DNA from: Octopus sinensis
Lineage: Eukaryota
DNA length: 64,000 nt
Assembly: GCF_006345805.1 (NCBI RefSeq)
Contig: NC_043016.1
Span: 19,282,001-19,346,000, forward strand
Reading direction: 5' to 3'
The notes beneath the pieces were generated by a model. The model was given only the letters and a program-made list of their open reading frames with translations, ran no database searches and had not been told where the DNA came from. Position 1 is the stretch's first letter; the number at the start of each line of letters is the position of its first letter. This document shows, one piece after another, positions 53,445 through 64,000 of the stretch. Made by a program: the position numbers and the translations under genes.

Positions 53445-54660
53445 AGCCCGAATCCTGAACAAGTGGTTAAGGAGGCTCTGGTATTGCGAGTCCCCAACGG
53501 CGCTCTGTTCCTAGTGAAGGTGGATGAGGGTGATGCCATGCAAGCTAACTATAAAGGCGGACTACGACAAACTGGAGTTCTGGAAGATTGCTACCTGCGA
53601 ACGGGATCAGACGGGCTAGTCCCAAAGCGGAGCATAGGATCTTATCCACTAACTCCGGCAGCTCGTTGCAACAGAAGACAAGCATCAATCGTCTCGAGAC
53701 TCTTCTTGATATTGAAAACCCCTCGCCTTCTGTCAACTACATGCAGCTGAGAACTGTGCATCTTCTCCGGCGCCTTAATCTTTTCACAGCACAAGCTTCG
53801 CTTTTTATCCTTCATTTTCTTTCATCCTCTCTGCAAGTCCTGCAGCGATGGGATCATCTGGCGACGGGGGCAGACTAGGATGAAGTTGGAAGCATCTAGT
53901 CGGAGTTCCGCACGTAGGTGGCATAAGTAAGTTGGTCGTTGTTGGATAGACACGTAGACGAACATCTACCTCGGTCCTGCTTGTGCGTCCAGACGACACT
54001 TTTCACATGGGAAAGACCTAGAAAATGTGGCCCAGAAAAGGCTCGTTCTCACTTGCTCGACTGGGTAACCGCTCCCAGTGAGTCATCCCCAAACATGCGG
54101 TCTAAACCAAGCATCAACATTGAAAAAGACAAAGAAACCCTCGAACCTCATCCTTGCATGCTGGAATGTTCGCACCCGCCTTGATGACGTTTCACATGAT
54201 GAGCCGAACAGTCGACGACCCCCACGACGCACTGCTATTATAACCACCGATCTCAAGCGCTACAATGTCGACATTGCTGCACTCAGTGAGACTCGTTTCT
54301 CCAATGAGGGTTCCCTCACTGAAGAAGCTGGTGGATACACCTTCTTGAAAGGACATCCCTCTGGGCTGTCCCATTTGCATGGGGTTTATTTCGAATTCAA
54401 GAACAGCTTATTGCAGAAAATTCCTGGAGTACCATCGTGTATCAGCGAGCGCCTGATGACAATCAAAATCCCACTTTCGAACAAACGTTTTCTGAAAATT
54501 CTCAGCGTTTAAGGACCAGCTCTCGACTCTGATGAAGAGATAAAGGATACCTTCTATGATTCTCTGCCTACTGCGTTTCGGAACATCTCCCGATCAGACA
54601 AGATCGTACTCATGGGTGACTTCAACTCCCGTGGTGGGTGTGACAATACCGCCTGGCAAC
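53445..54660 (+). mobile_element. 5' part of an RTE-clade LINE (5' region + APE endonuclease), disrupted
   Basis: LILACWNVRT..RRTAII..LKRYNVDIAALSETRFSNEGSLTE..ISERLMTIKIPL..V*GPALDSDEEIKDTFY..SDKIVLMGDFNSR (APE motifs N, E, GDFN). Confidence 0.92.
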
Positions 54661-55270
54661 ACCCAGGAGTGAAATACCTCTGCTGTTGTTGCAGTCTGAG
54701 CGATCTCCCTTCTTCTTGAAGATGGTTATTATGTCTGCGTGTTTCCAGCGTTGAGGGATCAATACACTTTTCCAACAGTAGAGGATAATCTGATGAAGAC
54801 GCTGGACTAGAGCAGGACCACCATATTTATAAATCTCCCCCGACACACACCTGGTGATTTCCTGTTGTTTAAGTAGGAGAGAGCTGTATGGATTTCCACG
54901 AGGGAGGGTTCCGTATCCAGCTCAGAGGGAGGAGGAAGATGAGGGAGCTCATCAATCAGTGTGGTGTCTGTAGAATTTATCTTGTTCAACAAGGAGTTGA
55001 AGTGTTCTGCCCATCTGTCACGGATCTGGATCTTTTCATTGTAGGGAGTGTTGCCGCCTGAAGATCGTATCGGATTGATATGATTGGAGGACGGACCGTA
55101 CATGTTTTTGGTTGCAGTGTAGAACTCGTGGGTCTTATTTTCATCCACAAACGTTGATTTTCTGCAGCTTTGTTCTTCCACCAAGTGTTCTGAATCTGCC
55201 TAAGTCTGCTCTGACATTCCAAGCGAAGATCTTTCCAATTCTGGAGGTGTGCGTCGGACCTGCTTGAGAG
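54655..55270 (-). mobile_element. Internal RTE-clade LINE fragment (linker to RT start), opposite orientation
   Basis: QSRLRQIQNTWW..HEFYTATKNMYGP..RDRWAEHFNSLLN..PSLVEIHTAL..NRKSPG..EIYKYGGPALVQRLHQII..WKHADIITIFKKKGDRSDCNNSRGISLL. Confidence 0.92.
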
Positions 55271-55290
55271 GTAGGCACATATAAAAAAAA

Positions 55291-56018
55291 GTATCAAACA
55301 TAAGCTAATATTATTTTTTTATGTCTTTACTCAGGTTTTCGGTACATCTGGTGCAACTTTCATGTGTCGCAGTGTTGGGGAAGCATTTAAGACTGAATGT
55401 CTGGTACCAACCGTGAAACATGGGGGTGGTTCTATCATGGAGCGAGCCTGCATGTCTGAGATTTTACAAAAACAACAAAAATATTTTTTAAAAGGACCCT
55501 GAGAAATGTTACTATATCAGGGAAGGATGAATTCAGCTACTTTTGTTTCTATGTTATCGGATGTTTTAGAGCCATCAATTCCTAAATTGCATCCAGGAGT
55601 GTCGGAAAACAGGTCAACGCTCCATGTCATACAGCAATGAATATTCGTCAACTGCTTGAGGCACAAATTATTGTTCTCATTGACTGGCTAGCTCAATGTC
55701 CCAATCTAAATCCGATCAAACTCCTATGGGGAACACATGATGAAGCTATCAGGAACACAACAATTAAAAATATAGAGCATTTGTACCAACAGTTGAGAGA
55801 AGAATGGAGTTAAATTGTGCCTAGCACCTGCAAGAAGCTAATTGAGTCAATGCCCAACCGTATAAAAGTGGTAATTGATGCTAAAGGAAGGTCAACCAGA
55901 TATTAAAACTAATATTGTGAAATATACCATAATCTACCATGTGCACGAGTTTCATTAACACTGAGATAGCCGAACCTCAAAACATTGGGATGGCCTAATA
56001 CTTTTGGCCAAGGCTATA
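55291..56018 (+). mobile_element. 3' half of a Tc1-family (DD34E) DNA transposon with right TIR
   Basis: CLVPTVKHGGGSIM..WLAQCPNLNPIKLLW..LYQQLREEW..KKLIESMPNRIKVVIDAKGRSTRY*; terminal aatacttttggccaaggcta followed by TA. Confidence 0.9.
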
Positions 56019-56033
56019 TATAATATATATATA

Positions 56034-56077
<44 letters not shown>

Positions 56078-56287
56078 TAATACAAGTAAGAAAATGGAGA
56101 AACAATTTAATGGTAAAACATTTCTTTACCTTCACCCATTAAATACAATAAGTTAATTGCATGCAATTAAAAACACTTGTGTATTAATAATTTGGGTATT
56201 ATACCAACAGTATATTGGATAAGTATTATCCCTTAGTGGGTTGGATCCACAACCCCTAACTTACCTGGTGGATAATATATATATATA

Positions 56288-56352
<65 letters not shown>

Positions 56353-56354
56353 AT

Positions 56355-56490
56355 ACGATGGGCTCCTTTTAGTTTCCGTCTACCAAATTCACTCACAAGG
56401 CTTTAGTCGGTCCAACGCTATAGTAGAAGACACTTCCCGTAATTATGTGGATGGGAAGCAAGCTTCTTACACATAACCACTCCTGCGCCT
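56355..56490 (-). mobile_element. SINE family B, 5' half, internally deleted
   Basis: tttagtttccgtctaccaaattcactcacaagg..cttcttacacataaccactcctgcgcct. Confidence 0.85.
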
Positions 56491-56520
56491 ATATATATAA
56501 AATATATATATTGCATATAC

Positions 56521-56552
<32 letters not shown>

Positions 56553-56649
56553 AAAGTATGTATATACGTGGATCTTTGTATGTGTAAGTACAAGTTCCAT
56601 TGGTTACGTAGATTTACCTATATAAATACATGTTCACATATACCATCGC

Positions 56650-56752
56650 ATTTAGAGGAATACATACATACATACATGCATACATACATATCTACATACA
56701 TATATACATACATACATATATACATACATACATATATACATACATACATATA

Positions 56753-56788
<36 letters not shown>

Positions 56789-56847
56789 TACATACATACA
56801 TACATGCATGCATACATACATACATACATGCATGCATGTGTGCATAC

Positions 56848-56898
<51 letters not shown>

Positions 56899-57175
56899 CA
56901 TTACATACATACATACATACATATATACATACATACCTACATACATACATGCATACATACATATATGCATACATACATACATATCTACATACATGCATGC
57001 ATACATACATATATACATACATACATATATACATACATACCTACATACATACATACATATATACATACATACTTGCATGCATGCATACATACATACATAC
57101 ATACATACAAGCATGCATGCATGCATACATACATACATACATACATACATACATACATACATACATACATACATA
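56650..57175. repeat. (CATA)n array, followed by a GA-rich tract, (GACG)n and (GATA)n to about 57548
   Basis: Direct reading. Confidence 0.95.
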
Positions 57176-57481
57176 GAGGGAGAGGGAGAAGGGGTTGGAG
57201 AAGGGGACGGAGAGGGGAAAAGAGGGAAGTAGAGAGGGAGAGGGCTGGAAGAAGGAGTGAGGGCGGGAGAGGAAGAGAAAGCAGGAGGGAGAGGATGAGA
57301 AAGCGGGAGAGAGAGGGGAGGATGGAAAGGGAGAGGGGATGGAGAGGAAAAGGGAAAGAAAGAGGGGAAGGACATTTGGACGGACGGACGGACGGACGGA
57401 CGGACGGTTGGGAGAGTGGGTGTTTGGTTTTGGATGGACAGACAGACAGACAAGCAGGCTGACTGACAGATGGGTTGTTAC

Positions 57482-57548
<67 letters not shown>

Positions 57549-57549
<1 letters not shown>

Positions 57550-57630
57550 TTTCTTTATTGGCCACACAGGGCTGCACACTGATGGGACAAGTTACAAGGT
57601 AGAGCTTTTCTTTTGGGGGATGAAAAAAAG
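57549..57630 (-). mobile_element. ~80-bp extreme 3' tip of the Tx1-like LINE, flanked by (GATA)n on both sides
   Basis: tttctttattggccacacagggctgcacactgatgggacaag..agagcttttcttttgggggatgaaaaaaag aligns with 60293-60378. Confidence 0.85.
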
Positions 57631-57795
57631 ATAGATAGATAGATAAACAGACAGACAGACAGGCAGGCAGGCAGACAGACAGGCAGGCAGGTAGGTGGGT
57701 AGGTAGGTAGGTAGAACATTCCGATTGGTTTTCTTAATCATTTATTATTTCATAGTCTGTTAGTTTCTACATCTCAGTATTCCTTCTAGAAAGAC

Positions 57796-57826
<31 letters not shown>

Positions 57827-58716
57827 GCTAAAACCCCTTTCCACTTTCACTATCGTTTTATCATTTAATCTTCTGGTATCCTATTCTATTCCAAATGTAT
57901 GTTAATATTGGTCTGGTCAGTAGAGAAAAGAAAGAAGGAAATAGTAGAATAACACTAAAACTGTTGGAACATTGATGGAAGTAGTTGTTTTACTTCAATT
58001 TGTCTTGGCTTTCCTATCCATGAAATAGCTGAACTCTCAATGCTACTGATAGCATTGTTCACATTGCTCATGGGATATACTGAATATCCTGTTTGCAAGA
58101 AAAATATCCGTGATCGACAATGAACGTATGCAAGATAAATAATTGTGAACGAATTTTCACGAAAATATGCGTACATTATCCATGTCTGCCGTAGATGTTA
58201 GTTCATGGATCTGTCTGCAAATATCTCTTTTTCACCGTGTGTGTCTATGTTTGTGAGAGAGAGAGAAAAAGAGAGAGACAGACAGAGAGAGAAAGAAAGG
58301 GGAGAGAGAGAGAATGGAAGAGTGTGTATGAGAGAAAACGTGCGTGAGAGAGAGAGTGTGTGTGTGTGTGTGTATGTGAGAGGGACAGAGAGAGAATGTG
58401 AGTGTCTGTGTGTATATGCGCGCACATGTGTGTGTGTGTATATCTGTGTGTGTGTGTGTGTGTGAGTTCGTGTAATTTGAAAGAGATGTGGTTTCTCTGA
58501 GTATGTCCTACACTCACAAAAACATTTATACATGTGTATGCGTGTATGTGTGTGTGTATGCATTGAGAGAGAGACAGATACACACTCGCGCATGCGCACA
58601 TGCACACACACACACACACATATGTATACTTCGGACATGCGTCTTTCTGAGTTATCTCTCTCTCCTCTTCTTCTCGTTCTTTCTTCATACACAAACACAC
58701 ACACACACACACACGC

Positions 58717-58754
<38 letters not shown>

Positions 58755-59453
58755 GCACGCACGCACACACTCTCACAAACGCACAAATAACGCAGACGCA
58801 TGTACATGTGTGCGTGTATAAAGACGTGTGTATGTATTTGAATAAATATATATATATACAGACATACGAACGTTGGCAAACACATATAACTGTTTCTTTT
58901 TTCTTCTTTTGTGTGTTTGTTGTGTGTTTTCTGTATGTGTCAGAAAGAGTATCCATATGATTGATACAAGCACATTTATACGCATGCTCAGTATTTCTGT
59001 ATATGTGTGTGTGTTTTTATGCATTTGTGTTTTTGTGTGTGTATGTATGTAATGTTTGGATGTGTGTGTGTGTGTGTGTTGTGCGAATGTGCACATGTGT
59101 CTATGTGTGTGCCCTTGTGTCTGCACACAAGCTTGTGTGCGCGTGTGTGTAAGCTCGAATATCTACTTGCTGTGTTGCAACCTTCTATTTGCAAAACAAA
59201 ATCTGGCAGGCAGAATCGACGACAATATGCCTATCTAACCAACTTTCAGACAGCCTAATCAATTAGGCCAGCCTAACTAGAGACAGTTAGCAAGACTCTT
59301 GAATTCTCTTGAATTCTTGCCAAATTCATATCACGTTGAAATTGTGACAAGCTAGACAGTACAAAATGACTTCAACTCTCAGCTGACACCAATATTGACC
59401 GACAGTGTCCATGTAGACATATATCTGCACTTATGTCGATCGATCTATCTGTC

Positions 59454-59454
<1 letters not shown>

Positions 59455-59551
<97 letters not shown>

Positions 59552-59675
59552 CCTTTCTGCCTCTATCGATTATTTAAATGTCTAACATATCTCTGCCGAT
59601 CAATGTATCTGTCTATTTATCCATCCATCTATCTATGGGTCTACTTATTTATCTATCGATCTATCTAGTTAGCTG

Positions 59676-59728
<53 letters not shown>

Positions 59729-59803
59729 GTCTATCTATCTATCTATCTAGCTAGCTATCTAGCTATCTATCTATCTATCTATGTGTCTGTGATGTATGTA
59801 TAA

Positions 59804-59875
<72 letters not shown>
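59455..59875. repeat. Cluster of (GATA)n and (TATC)n arrays in alternating orientation
   Basis: (GATA)n at 59455-59550, (TATC)n at about 59675-59780, (GATA)n at about 59805-59875. Confidence 0.95.
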
Positions 59876-60174
59876 GTACTCTCTGACCCTCTATCCCCCT
59901 CCCTTTCCCTCTCACTCACGTACGCACACATACGATTACAAGTTATTTATTAGACATTTTTATCTCTATTTTATTTCAACTGTTGCCTTTTGCATGCATA
60001 TATTCATTTATTAACGTGTTAATCATATACCTATATCACAATTTCAAACATTGTTCACTTTGCCCATTTACTAAACCCCATTACATATATTGATATTTGC
60101 AGCGGGAGGTTTTGATTAACGTCTATTGAAACACCCCTTTACTTTTAGCCAGACAGGCAGGTAGCTGGCAAGCC

Positions 60175-64000
<3,826 letters not shown>

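Noticed and set aside
54640-54680. Twin-priming 5' inversion as the cause of the RTE junction
   Set aside because: The orientation is tail-to-tail, whereas twin priming yields a head-to-head junction.

Overview
Repeat-saturated, AT-rich eukaryotic DNA. The SINE families and the microsatellite spectrum point to an octopus/coleoid cephalopod genome (inferred from recalled family consensus sequences, not from a search). No host protein-coding gene, true tRNA/rRNA gene or CRISPR array can be supported; the window looks like intergenic DNA or a large intron. Nearly all ORFs in the track are microsatellite read-throughs or transposon remnants. Recognisable content: (i) a young but disrupted L1/Tx1-clade LINE ORF2 at 60.3-64 kb (minus strand, runs off the window), plus four older fragments of the same lineage; (ii) RTE-type LINE fragments, one with a tail-to-tail rearrangement; (iii) R4/Dong-like non-LTR fragments with a restriction-like endonuclease (RLE); (iv) a decayed Gypsy pol; (v) mariner and Tc1 transposase relics and a Helentron/DINE-like non-autonomous element; (vi) many tRNA-derived SINEs of at least three families; (vii) Penelope-like/retrozyme-like repeats carrying minimal hammerhead ribozyme motifs; (viii) a 33-unit 40-bp minisatellite with higher-order structure. 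Best leads: a ~355-nt tandem repeat containing a near-canonical type I minimal hammerhead ribozyme (retrozyme-like, 21.0-21.6 kb); a Tx1 LINE that appears to insert into (GATA)n microsatellites and shares its 3' end with a SINE family; and the higher-order minisatellite. Most element boundaries are approximate (tens of bp).
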